A stretch of 64,000 nt of DNA from Takakia lepidozioides (taxonomy: Eukaryota; Plantae; Bryophyta). The translations under genes were made by a program, and so were the position numbers. Location: positions 19,778,001-19,842,000 of the forward strand of contig CM060733.1 of NCBI GenBank assembly GCA_030704615.1. Reading direction: 5' to 3'. Shown here in pieces: positions 13,564 through 26,172 of this stretch (positions are counted from its first letter, which is position 1; every line of letters begins with the position of its first letter). The notes below the pieces were generated by a model. The model did no database searches, was not told where the DNA came from, and worked only from the letters and a program-made list of their open reading frames with translations.

Positions 13564-14220
13564 TGTCACGGACATAGCCCAGTGGAACTTACCATGAGTA
13601 AATATCAAAGTCACTAAGTTATCCTATTACCAAAAGTTACCGTGGATTTACCATAAGTTAGCATTAGTTACCAAGTTACTGGGAGTTTACCAAATTATCG
13701 AAAGTAACTTGGAAAACTGCTCAGGAAGCTTCTTTTGGAAGAAACTTCTCCATCAAGATACCTCCTTTGTTTAAAGAAACTTCTCCATCAAGATATCTCA
13801 TTTGTTTAAGGAAACTTCTCCATCAAGAAACCTCATTTGGGGAAGCTTCTTAGGGAACCTCTTAGTAGCCAGTATATATAGGAGGCGAGACTGGACACTC
13901 TTCAGTCTCGCCAACACCAATTCAAGCTATTCTTGTTTCCAGTTCCCAGTACTCCAGTCCAGTTCCCAGTACTGTAGCCCAGTTTCCAGTATCTGGTACT
14001 CCAGTCCAGTTTCCAGTATCTGGTACTCCAGTCCAGTTTCCAGCATTCCAATATTCAAGTCGTGTTCCAATATCTTGTACTCTTGTTCATTGTTATAAAG
14101 ATTATCTTGATTCCTATTTACTCATCATGCATTCGGCCATGCCGACCCTAACTTCTTGTCTAGTCTTGTATCTCTAGTTTAATATCTTGTTTGTGTTCAG
14201 TCATGTTCTCGTCCTTGACA
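13564..14220 (+). mobile_element. Solo LTR (~657 bp) of the Tcn1-like family
   Basis: TGTCA...TGACA termini, TATA (tatatata ~13873), internal ~27-bp ccagtttccagtatctggtactccagt repeats. Matches 44390-45002 in reverse. No matching 5-bp TSD. Confidence 0.9.
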
Positions 14221-14439
14221 CATATTAACCTCCGGATTAGGTTTTAGATGTAATTTATAAAGCTCTACGGTCAAGATTGGATGATTCTCCTAGATGGATG
14301 GTCACAAATCATTTAGATCTACGGCGAGGAATGTTTTGAATGACGCCTTATTATAATGGCATTTCAGGATCATTGTTGTCTCATTTGTTTGCAGTTTTGA
14401 GATCACATGCAACTCCGTAACTATAAACACATTATGCTA

Positions 14440-15290
14440 CAGTCTCGCCTCCTATATATACTGGCTACTAGGAGGTTCCCTAAGAGGCTTCCCCAAATGA
14501 TGTTTCTTGATGGAGAAGTTCCAGTAACTTGGGAAACTGCTCAGGAAGCTTCCTTTGGAGGAAACTTCTCCATCAAGATACCTCCTTTGAGTCAGGATTC
14601 TGCATGTGAGCCAAGTCATCTAGGGTCGTATAAGGAACATGGGTTTTGGTCTCTCCCCGAGTAAGTACATTAGCGTTGTTGTTTTCTTTCCCCTTCTTGT
14701 AAACAGTATCATATTCAAAACCCTGTAGAAGCAAAGACCATCTAGCAAGTCTGCCAGACAATTCACGAGGAGTTTTAAGGGCTTTGAGAGGTAGGTGATC
14801 TGTCTCCACGGTGAAATAACAACCATGCAGGTACTGCCTGAAGTGTTTCACACCAAAAATGACAGCCAACCCCTCCTTGTCAGTAATACTATAATTTTTT
14901 TTCATGTTTATCAAACCGCCTAGATGCGTAAGCAACAACATGTTTTTTACCATCTCGCACTTGGCTAAGAATTGCAGAAACAGCCATGTCACTGGCATCT
15001 GTTTGCAAAAGAAAAAAGATGGAGAAGTCTGGAAAAACCAGCACTGGAGCAGTTGTGAGGGCTATCTTCAGCTTCAAAAGCCTTGGTCTCAGGTATGCCC
15101 CAATGAAATCGAACATCTTTGCATAAAAGCCTGAATAATGGACCAGCCATGTTAGCAAAATGGAGGATAAAACGTCTATAATAGGAAGCAAGGCCAAGGA
15201 AGGCACGGACACAATGCTTGTCACGGGGAAGAGGGAAGTCCCATACTGCCTGGATTTTGCTAATATCAGGTTTGATGCCTTCCCAACAAA
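14440..15290 (-). mobile_element. LTR fragment fused to an RT/RNase H remnant of a second Ty3/gypsy family
   Basis: LTR piece at 14440-14588. Coding remnant: LKIALTTAPVLVFPDFS..FLLQTDASD, YASR, YSITDKEGLAVIFGVKHFRQYL, ETDHLPL, GRLARWSLLLQ. Confidence 0.85.
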
Positions 15291-15299
15291 GGATGTGAC

Positions 15300-18108
15300 C
15301 GAGAAACTAAAATTTGGTAAACTTCCGGTAACTGGTAACTAATGATAACTTATGATAAATCGTGGTAGATCATCGTAGCTTTTGGTAACATGATAACTTA
15401 GTAACTTCTGGTATTTACTCCTGGTAAGTTTCTCTGGGCTATGTCTGTGACATCACCCCCTCCTCTAGCGCCGAGTTCCTCGAGGAGCGATAAAATCTTG
15501 GACTTGCTTAGAGCCGGAGAACCTCCCTCCTTAGTATGTATCATATACATTAAATGTGGAGTCTTCACCTTGAAGCTAACTTGGCTGACATCATCGTTGT
15601 GACGTCTTATTGACGTGTAGCTCGGAGCTTAGCTGGATATCGTTGATGAAACTCTTGGACTTTGTCAGATGCATTGGCAAGGTTGGATGAAGGTTTCCAC
15701 GTTTGTTCGCTGATGTCGTAGCCTTTCCAATGTACGAAATACTCAAGACGTTTATACTTGATGCGAGAGTCTAGGACTTCGTCGACTTTATACTCGATTT
15801 CCTGATTGACTTCGATTGGTGGAGGTGGTACGGAGACTCTCCCTGGAATATTCGATGGATGATATAACTTTAATAATGAAACATAAAAGATTGGATGGAT
15901 GCGCATACTTCGTGGGAGTTCAAGCCGAAAACTGACTGGATTTATTTGTCGAATAATTTTGACTGGTCCCAGGCGTTGATAATCTAACTTCCTTGATGGA
16001 CGCGAGGTTTGTATGTCCCATCAAAGAAGCCACATACGATCTCCGACCTTGAACAAGGGTTGGAGTTGACAATGTTGATCTGCATACTCCTTGTATTGTT
16101 TTTGAGCTTCTGCAAGGTGGAATGTAAGCTCCTTGTAAATCGTAGCAAGATGAGTAGCAAGGTTTTCTACAGCAGGGCTTCCAACAGTCTTCATGTGGAA
16201 AGGGTTTGCTCGAGGATGATGACCATAATTGGAAAAAAATTGAGTTTACTTGGTCGAAGAATGTACAGTGTTGTTGTAGGCAAACTCAGCCAATGACAGA
16301 AGGTCCGTCCAATTATCTTGGTGATAATTTATTGTACAACGAAGATACTGTTCCAAAATCTGGTTTACAAGTTCGGTTTGACGATCAGTCTGTGGATGAT
16401 TAGTTGTAGAGAGGTTGATCTTAGTATCCAATATGTGAAATAATCCCCTCTAGAAATTTCATATGAACTGTGGTCCTCGATCAGATACGATGTCTTTCGG
16501 GAGTCCATGAATGCGGTAGATATTATTGAGGAAGAATCTTGCAGTTTCCTCACCGGTATCCGTCTTATTACATGGAATGAAATGTGTCATCTTCATAAAA
16601 CGATCTACAATAACAAGGATTGAATCGGTGGTCTTAGAAATTGGAAGGTTCGTAATAAAGTCCATAGACACGGACGACCATGGACCCTTGGGAATAGGTA
16701 ATGGTTGCAGAAGGCCGTAAGGTCGATGTCGTGGTCCCTTCGCTTTAGCACACGAGTCGTAAGATTTTATAAATTCTTTCACGAGTTTCCACATCTGCGG
16801 CCACCAATAGTCGCTGGATATTAATTCTATTGTTTTGTTGAAGCCGAAATGTCCTGCAGCCGGAAGATCATGACATGTTTGAAAAATTCGAAGTCGTGTA
16901 GACCCTGGAGATACATAGAGAAGTCCCTTGAAATAAAGTAAGTCATTTTTGAATTCGAAGTCGTTTGTAACATGTGGGTTGTCTCGAGGTCGATTTAGTT
17001 GACTTCGAAATGTCGTAGCAAATTGGTCGCTCTTCAGTGCTTCCTAAATCTCCATTATGATCTTTGTATCGTCATAGGAGGACATTGATAACATATTCAA
17101 TTGAAGATTTGCTGGTTTCAAAATGATGGATTTCTGCTGGTCGAAAGCTGCCTCCCCTTTTTTCGGCGCAAGATACGATCGTCGAGAAAGAGCATCGGAT
17201 TTTCCCTTGAAGATGTCCGGGGTAATAGGTAATAACAAAATTAAACCTTGCTAGTGACATACCTCATCTGACTTGACGTCGATTTAAAACACGAGCACTC
17301 ATAAAATATTCGAGGTTTTTGTGATCGGTGTAGATAGTGACATAATGTTTAGCTCCCTCCAGTAGATGACGCCACTCCTAAAAAGCATTGATGATCGCTA
17401 GAAGTTATTTGTCATGGATTTTATAATTGATCTCTGCAGCAGAAAATTTGCGAGAACGAAAACCAACAGAGTGAAGTCAGCCATCCGTACCGTATTGAGA
17501 GAATATAGCGCCAAGTGCAAAGTCCGATGCATCTGCTTCCAAGAAGAATGGTTTAGATGGGTCTGCATGTACCAGTATTGGAGGGGTTGTAAATGTCTGC
17601 TTCAGCCTTTCAAATGTCTGGTCAGCCTTCTCATCCCATACAAATTTGTCATTCCCTATGAATTGTGTCAATGATGCAACAATTTTGGAGTAGTTCTTGA
17701 TGAAGATTCTATAGAAATTTGCAAATCCCATAAAACATTGTTCATCTCGGACCGAAGTTAGTTTAATCCACTCGATGATGGTTTGTATTTTCTTCTGATC
17801 CATAAATACGCATTTGTCGGAAATAATGAAGCCCAGAAATTCGACCTCAGATTGATGGAAAAGATACTTTTCCAACTTGACATATAGTCATATTTTTCTT
17901 AATTTATCAATGACAAGGTGTACATAGCGGCCATGTTCTTCTTCATTCTGTGAAAATATCAAAATGTCGTCCAAATAGATGACTACAAAGTCATCTAAAA
18001 ATTCTCGAAAGATGTCATTCATCATATGTTGGAAAATTGCTGGAGCATTTGTACGACCGAAAGGCATAACACTATATTCAAAATGTTCATACCTTGTTCG
18101 AAAAGCTG
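15300..18108 (-). mobile_element. Tcn1-like chromovirus 3' half: RT, RNase H, integrase, chromodomain, PPT and partial 3' LTR, degenerate
   Basis: [11 protein letters not shown] (~17960-17995), GFANFYRIFI, EADASDFALGA, CDSC-like Zn finger, MDFITNLP, VDRF, chromodomain. PPT agaggagggggtga directly precedes the LTR start at 15452. Confidence 0.93.
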
Positions 18109-19330
18109 TATATGAATATCATTAGTCCGAAGAACTTGTCCCACTTCAAGTTGTTTCCTTTGGCTGGTCAACCCTGAGAAGTTGAAAGTGGCTAGCCGCA
18201 AGCCAGCCCTTTGCGGGTGAATTGTTTGTCGTCTAGGTAGCTTGTGATTGCTCCTGGACGGCCAACCGTTCTGCAAAAGGGGGACAGTTACCTCATGTGT
18301 AGATTTTGCTCGTCTTGTGTAAACTTTGAGAATTGGTAAACCATTCAGGGTACCAAATCTTTCAGTTACACGACGCACAGGCTCCGCACACATAGGGGCA
18401 GATTGTCCGTCAGACTGCTTGGGGACAATTACCCCGTGTATAGATTTTGCTCGTCTTGTGTAGACTTTGAGGATTGGTAAACCATTTAGAGTACCAAATC
18501 CTCCAGTTACACGATGTTCAGGCTCTGCACACTTAGGGACAGATTGTCCATCTGACGGCTTGGGGACAATTACCCCGTGTATAGAATTTGTTCGTCTTGT
18601 GTAAACCTTGAGGATTGGTAAACCATTCAGAGTACCAAATCCTTCGGATTCAGGACGTTCAGGTTCCGTACACTTAGGGGCATCTTGTCCTTCTGGCTGT
18701 TTGGATTCAACCTCATCCAGAGCATCAAACCGATTAGAAACTCTCAAGTTGAAGTTGTTGCCCTTGGTTGTCTTCCTAGAGTGCCCCATTGAATCACCAA
18801 TGTCTAAGACCGCTCTCCAGCCAGTCAAGGGACAAACTTCTTTGAGATTGAATTGATGCGGGACTCTATTAGAAGCACTTTTGGTCATTGCAACCTTCAA
18901 CGTACCCCTGTTATCGAAGTCGAGAGGTACCATTTAGCCATGAAATCCAAGCCTAAGCTAGAGCATGTAGTTTTAAAGGACACATTGTCCATCCTGGGAT
19001 TCACCCCAAAAACTACAACATGAAGCCCTAGATTTGGCATAAGTAACCAATTCCCAGGGATCACCCTGAGGAGTGTTGATGTTGATAGGAGCTAAATTTT
19101 TGATTGTTTTTGCAGGCCATAAGTTTAAGCACAGGAACCAACCCGAGCCCAAGTGCCGAGTATGCTAGACAGAGCATACGACTGCCCAATTTGGGCGGAG
19201 GGGCTGCCCCCAAGCGGTAGGAGTCCGCTTGTTACCATTCAGAGATCACACTCCAGGGAGTTGCAGGGAATGGCCCGTGTAGGCATATTCTAAAGAGGGA
19301 AAGGCCCCAAGCTTTCCAACTAAATCCAAT
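18109..19330 (-). mobile_element. LINE remnant: ORF1-like region with 3 x 141-bp repeats and the start of the AP endonuclease
   Basis: LRLATFNFSGL..RKQLEV..L..NDIHI is a typical APE N-terminus. A 47-aa repeat (GFGTLNGLPILKVYTRR) has a 141-bp period (18311, 18452, 18593). The upstream boundary is uncertain. Confidence 0.6.
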
Positions 19331-20395
19331 GCACTACCTTACCGAAAGCAAAGCGCTTCAGGTCGAAACAAACAAAGAACACGAGGTCACAAGGCCGGCA
19401 TTTAGTCACTGAGACATTAATGTACTCCCGTTTCAAGTCCACCCAATGTCAATAGGCTTCCTTGAGGACAGGGAGATGACAGGGGAAATTCAAAGATACA
19501 GTTGTCCCTTGACAGCCCAATTTGTCTTTTTTATGTGGAGCTCTCACGGTTGAACGAACATGGAGCAAGTTGTTGAGAATGTGCATCCTGATGAGCATAG
19601 AAGAAGGTCAACAGAGGGCAGAAAGACGTGTAAACAGACAAAACGCCAACCTTTTTTCTACACCCTTTTTAGGAGGTTTCTTGGGATCGGATTTTCTGCT
19701 GAATGTATTGCAGCCTTTCAGTCCTCTCACTACTACCCCAGATATAGCTGCCTGCATCCTCCCCTCCCCAGCAAGGTTCTGTTGCTGACCATAAGCAAAG
19801 ACTAATCGGTTCTAGTAAACTCAATGGGTGACTGTGTGAAAATATACACTGGCATAGTGTTATTCAAGTAGAATAAGAAGATTAATCTCTTGTATAGTAT
19901 TTGTGTTTACCCCCGGTAGTTCCAAGTTGATTCTTGATCATCTGTCCAGGCTGTCCAAGTAGACGACTTACCTAGTGACACTTGTCTTTCACTTGGGCCA
20001 CCTGATTTGAATGGGGTTTTTCCCTCCAGGCTCTTTAGGCCTTGAGCGGGATCTACATAGTCTGTAGACTTACGTCGTGATGCTGTCTTCTTGTTGTACC
20101 TGCACTGCACCAGTGTGCTTCTATGACTGACCTTGAACATTCTTTGTAGCATTTCAACAGACTGGGGTGCCTGAAGCTAATGTAAAAGCGGCATACTAGG
20201 TGACAGACAAAGAATGTACTCATAAGACGTTGTTTGCCGTAGCTTTGTGGCCATTGACCCCAGGACAAACAAAGAGAGAGCCTTGTGGGACTGGAAGGGA
20301 GTGGGGATTTAATGGCAGAGGTTGAAAACATTGTCTTGGCTTAGAAACTGAACAGAGAATTGACCGACGTTTTCTGAAAAAACAGGAGCTCTTAC

Positions 20396-22510
20396 CGGTA
20401 TGCATGAAGTGCTGCAGTGAATGAAAATGGCCTTACATCTGTGTTTCGCACCACCAGCTCTGTGTTTAGTTTGTTGGGCCACAATACAATCTGCATTTGC
20501 AACAAATCATTGTTACCCATATCTTTCATCGAAGAAATTCTAGTATAGCTAGACACGTCAATGAAGATTACGAGACGGTATACTAGAGCAATCGTTACTT
20601 CTAGTGCCATTTTCAGCTTGGCCACTGCAAGCATTAGGAATTAAGCATGTGGTGATGGCTACGTACGGTCAAACCATGACAGTTTGTTGTAATTTCGCTA
20701 TATACAATACTCTATTTGGCAAAGCTGTGTCTTTGCCATGGCTCAGTCGGTGTCTCATGCAGCAAATCTCCGACATGTAAGCTTGCAATACAAATTTCAA
20801 CTAGGAATACTTGCACTTTAGACGCACTACTTTTATCCATTGGAAGAATGAATAGGTTCTATACATGCTCAAGAATCAACCAAATTTGCACATGGTATAA
20901 ACTAAATTATTAAAGACGCAAGCTGAGTACTGGGAGAGGTCTCAATGGAACTACTGCAACCTTATAGTAGACAATGAAATGGTAATCCCACATGGTGAGA
21001 GTGTAATTGTTGGACTTGAGCTCCAGTATGAGAGTTGCGCTCTCTTTGTCACCCTGTGTGCTTGCAATTTCCCATGACATATTCCGGGCAAATCCATGCT
21101 GGCCCCATAACTCCAATATATTTCCTCAGATGAAGCTCATATTTTAACAGGTACGTTAAGCCATTCACATGGCATTGATCTACTGTGCCCTAGAACCACT
21201 TTTCAGTGCAAACAGAGGCTATATTGTAGGAATTTCAGAACTGGCTTCCTCTGCATTCTTATCCCATCCTACTGGACTGACCGTTCAAGTCTTTACAGTG
21301 CTTTGGCATTTACAACTAGCCTAGTACTGAGAAGACTGAGATAAACATCATATCATTACACTTCAACACATCAATATAACAACAGAGAATGGATGACCAC
21401 TTAGGGTAGGTACCTGCTGAAGAGCGCCGGGGCCAAATTGAGGGAAGCAATGGGGGATACCCCCCCTGCATACATGCCAACATGTGACTTAGATTAGCAC
21501 CCACCTCGTTGCCCAATCGTTTGTGTCAGGAATTGAGCCCCTACCATTCAATTTATCAACATTGTCTTCATTCGAGGGATCTAGCCATTGACAATTTTTT
21601 CGTCGCACATTGGCAGTGGTGTACTCTCAACCACGTAGTGTCAGGGTGATCATACCAACCCGCCTGTAGTGGACATTAATTAGGTCCACATAAGAGAGCT
21701 TATGACGTTCCACTGCATGCCAAAACGGCATAGAGGACCGAAAGTAGGTTCCAAAATGAGATTAACTCAACCCTAATAGGTAAAGAGAAAAAAGAAAGCC
21801 ACCAGGTACAGCTAATGAGACACTTTCAATTGCAAACCAACGAGCAGAGATAAAGTGCGAGTACATGCCGGATAGGCTTTTGGCCATCAAAGAAAGCATC
21901 GGGCCTCATAAACAACAACTCTCTCCCTTCGGAGGCCTTCCAAGACGTGATGGCCCCTCCAAATAAGTACACCTCCGCCACACTGTTTTCCAATCCAGAC
22001 CCAATTGACAGAACTACAAGTAAGAGATGAACATAACTGAGCTTTTATTGCCCCTATGTACATAGAGGAATATTAAATGGGGCTCCACAAAACTCTTGAA
22101 TGACCATCTTAGATGTAAATGCACCTCCACAGAAGTAAAGTAAGTTCTCAGTCCCTTCACCACCACCACAGAATATACAACAAACTTTGAAACTCTAGAT
22201 AGTACATTAATGTTCCTTTTGTCAACCCGCAAAGCCAAGGAAAGGTGTAAATCACTATTACTGTAGTCCTGTGTGGTTTCTTATCTATAATCAAACTAAT
22301 TAGCACAAGAAACTGAGGCTGACAGTGCCAGGTGAGCTTCATGCAGCTGGAGGAGGAATATAGGAGAGATCTATACCAAGAGAAAGAGCACAGAACCTGC
22401 CATGTGAAGTTGATAATACTACTTTGGGCAGGCCACCCTCTCCCCCCTCCATTTTTACACCGGTGGTGGCAAATTGGTGGTTCAAGCCGATGACTTCAGA
22501 ATTGATCTCA
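20396..22510 (-). CDS. Aldose 1-epimerase / glucose-6-phosphate 1-epimerase family (plastid type), partial; first exon probably ~23200-23400
   Basis: Exons: ~22510-22397 (GEGGLPKVVL), ~21985-21869 (AEVYLFGGAITSWK..LLFMRPDAFFDGQKPI), 21465-21414 (GGIPHCFPQFGPG), 21098-20961 (HGFARNMSW), 20490-20396 (NTDVRPFSFTAALHAY). Confidence 0.85.
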
Positions 22511-23562
22511 CTACCCCCCAACACCATATGAAAGGAAAGCAAAAGCTAAGTAAAGTCTCAGGAAACCCTTTACGCTTCTATGCAAGCCCTAAATTGGACT
22601 TTTGTAGTATCTACGTCCTAGTTTTGCCACAGCTAAAGGTTTTCACTTGTCCCTTTCATTCAAACTGGAGATGTGATCCTGACAAGGGCCAAAACTGTGG
22701 GAGAAAAAAATTGAGAATCCAAACTATCTATAATATGCGAATTCATATGCCATTTGAGCATGACGCCCACTATCTACTTCCCCTTTGGACCAATGCCATG
22801 CATATAACTACCACACACAAACCTTAATCCGTGCACAATCTTGACCGCCAGACAAGATTGAATGACGGAAGAAGTATTCCTACATCACTGTCATCGCATG
22901 GGACTTAAAGAGAGATCACCAGTGCCATTTTGATAGTTTATGTCAGCCTCACAAATATAAAGCAAATGCATGTATCATGCATTCACTCGAAAATGACCAG
23001 ACCTGTTGTTTCCCGGCGGATGATTCCTCGTCATGCCACAGTGCAGATTAGAAACAGGTCTTATTTCTTCAGTCTGACCTACAGGTACATTCTTTCAAAC
23101 ATTTGTAGTGCAATAAAAAATTGGAACGATGATGTCATGCATTTGAATCCATCGATCTTTACATCACTTGTACAAAAAAAATTCCTTAAAAAGAACAATA
23201 CCAGCTAGGGGCAGTGCAAGACCGAGGAGACCGAGGAGATTGATTGCCTTGATTGCCTTGATTGCGATTACCACAGCAGGGACAGAGGAGACAAGACGTC
23301 TCTGTCATCATACCCTTTTCATGGTAAGAGTGTTGTCGACGAGGCGATTGAACACCTCCTACTGCAGGAATTATAAGACGAGTCTGTCGACATTGTAAGT
23401 ACATGAAGTGGGGTGTGGCGGGTCAGATAACCACCACGTACGTGTGAAAGGAGGTTAGGGTGGGCTCCCGTGTACTGTCACAGGGAACGGATCCTTTCAA
23501 ATCCGGGGCAATCATCCCGAGAAAATTCCCTACGGTTTATATTATGCCGAGTACCTGCAAGG

Positions 23563-24648
23563 GATATCAGCAGTCTGCTTTATGCCTCCTGCCTTCTTCT
23601 TCCTTTCATGCTTGTGAGGTAAGTGTTTGCGATGCAAGTTTGTATTCAGACCTGAGCGGCAAATTGGTGTTAGGGCAGTCGAGGAGCGGAGAGAAGGGGC
23701 TGTCATCCCTCGCGCTCAGGCGTGTTGGAAATCCAAATACGGTTGTGATATTGGGAGCTGTGGCAACAGAGATTGTTTGAGTGTTGTGTATGACCCTGTG
23801 TATAGTGGCTGTGCATTTGAGAAATGCAGAGATAGTTTTCGTGCAGGTGGGTTGAGGAAGAAGAAGAGTGAAGCCCTGACCTTTCGTTCGCTGAGGGAAC
23901 ACCCGCTAGGGGGATGTAGCGTTATAACGGATTCTCCTGTGTTGGATTCACATGGAGAGATTCCCACTCCTTCGTTCCAAGATGTATCCGTGCGAAGAAG
24001 CGACAGTTGCGCTGGATTTGGTGACGAGCTCGGCGGAGGAGAAGAGCTGGGCATCGTAACACAACAACTATTGCTGCACAACAGTAGTGCTTTGTCTCCA
24101 GAGGCGGAGAGATATCAGGCAGGGGACCCGTTAGAGGAGAAAAAATGGTCACTTTTACCACTAGAAGCAGATAGATTCCAAACAGTAGAAGCCCAAGAAA
24201 GGTCGATGATGGTGACGAACCAGGGGTTCAATTATACGCAGAGAGCACAAGGGATTCGAGCAGCTTGATAGATACAGGCATTGCGAATGAAAGTGACAAT
24301 CTCAACTTCAGCCCTGGCATGTTTCATCGCACTACATAGGAGAGTAAGTTCGTAAGAACTGCCTGGGAAAAACTGGTTCGATGGTCAAGGTCATGGCAAT
24401 TGCTCAATGCTCGCAAACAATCCGATGCCCTGGTGAAGACCAAGAAAGTGGTTGTCCTGGGGGGAGGCTCGTTTGGTACGGCAATGGCCGTCCTATTGGC
24501 TAGAAACAAAGCTGAAATGAACTTCACCCTTCTTCTCAGGGACGATGTTGTGTGCCAGTCTATCAACAACCACCATACAAATATGAGTTATTTTCCAATG
24601 CATCTGTTTCCTGTCAATGTGGGGGCAACTACCAACGCCCAAGGAGCT
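23563..24648 (+). pseudogene. Inverted partial duplicate of the 5' half of the neighbouring G3P dehydrogenase gene
   Basis: Near-identical to the reverse complement of 26968-28100. Frameshifts near 23715 and 24205, TAG at ~24337, truncated after VNVGATTNAQ. Confidence 0.93.
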
Positions 24649-25289
24649 GTGTTGGTCACTTTGGCCTGTCCAAAGCCTTTCCAAGCTCCTCCTTGGTATG
24701 TGTGAACACACTGAACCCTTTTTGAAGAGTGTTTCTCTCACCAATCCATTCCATGAAATTGCAAGCAGCCTCAGTTCCTTGTCCTCCCTTAGCCAACATA
24801 GAGAGTTTCAAGACAGCATAGCAGCAACAAAGACAACTTGTTCTGGGAGTAACTGCGAGATTCAAGCACCATGTACAGAAGTCTCCGCCCAACAACCCTG
24901 ACAGGCTGAGGGCAGTTATTAGAAATTATTGTATAATCTTACAACGAGGTTAACTCAATTTGACCAATGAGCGTGATTGACAGTTCCAGCTTGATGTTAA
25001 CAAGCTAATCTGAACCAAACAGAGGGAGTCAAGCCCAACAAGAAGAAGATCAGAGACAAGACAAATAAGCATCTGCTCCCGTTATCCAATTGGTCTGCAA
25101 TACACTTCCGTTTTAAATCACTTGAATCTTCCAGGATCAAGGGACTATCACTGTGGGAAGGGAAGAGGGCAAAACACACAAAAGAAAAGTATAACAAAAG
25201 GCAGATTCTTTGCACAGCATATTCAGAAAGTTGTTCAAACTGGCAAGCGCAAAGCACTGAGTCTCACTAATTTTTTCACTGCAGAGGGA

Positions 25290-25620
25290 TAAACTCTGAG
25301 GTCAAGAAAACCATGCTTTGCCGCGTTATTAGACCTGCCTTGGAGTACGCATCTGCAATATGGGATGATAACTCCAACCAGGCTAAGTCTCTAGAATCCA
25401 TTCAAGTGGGGGTGCTTAAGGAGTGCATGTGAGCATGCTCCAAAACAGCCACTGTGGCTGTTGGGGGTGAATTTGGCATCCCTTCCTAAGCTCCCGAGGA
25501 GATGAATTCAAGGTCGGATGGCGGGGTCAGCTGCAACATATGCCCAACATCAGATATCCTAAGTTAATCGACTCTATGTCTTGGAAACAGGATCGCCCCT
25601 GTGAAACAGGCTAAGTCCTG
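25290..25620 (+). mobile_element. LINE reverse-transcriptase C-terminal remnant
   Basis: IRPALEYASAIWD...LESIQ...A.VAV.GEFG, interrupted by stops. Confidence 0.65.
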
Positions 25621-26172
25621 GCAGAAGAGCAAACCACGTCTTATGAGTAGATTCTTTGCACAGCATACCTGCCAGATTGAAGATCTGTAAATTGATGGCC
25701 TCCCTTCACCGAGGAGATAGATGGAGACGCAAATGCATACAGAGACTAAGGGTGGCAATCTGAACACATCTTCCAGGGTGTGCCAGTGGCCCTTCCACTG
25801 TCAGTTCCCGGTTCATATGTTTCCCCAAAGTAAATGGCACTTAACACTCTTATGTCTCTTGCCAACTCAAGTCTCTGGAAGAAAAGAAAATTTGAACCCT
25901 CTCCATTGCCCTACTTCACCAGGAGAGTGAACAACCGTTCAATTTGATGTTCTTGGCATATAGAATCCAAGGACATTAGGTAAGACAAAAGTCCTGTGAT
26001 CAGATGACAACTGCTACAACAGGTGGGGGAAGGCTGATAGTTGGCAGCCAATGTGTTTTACAATGACAACGGTACAAAAATACAAACAACTTTCTTAACC
26101 AGAAAAATTGATCTCAAGAAACCATTTAAAAAATTGTTCTGACTCCTGTGCGTCAAAATCATATAATTGCAT

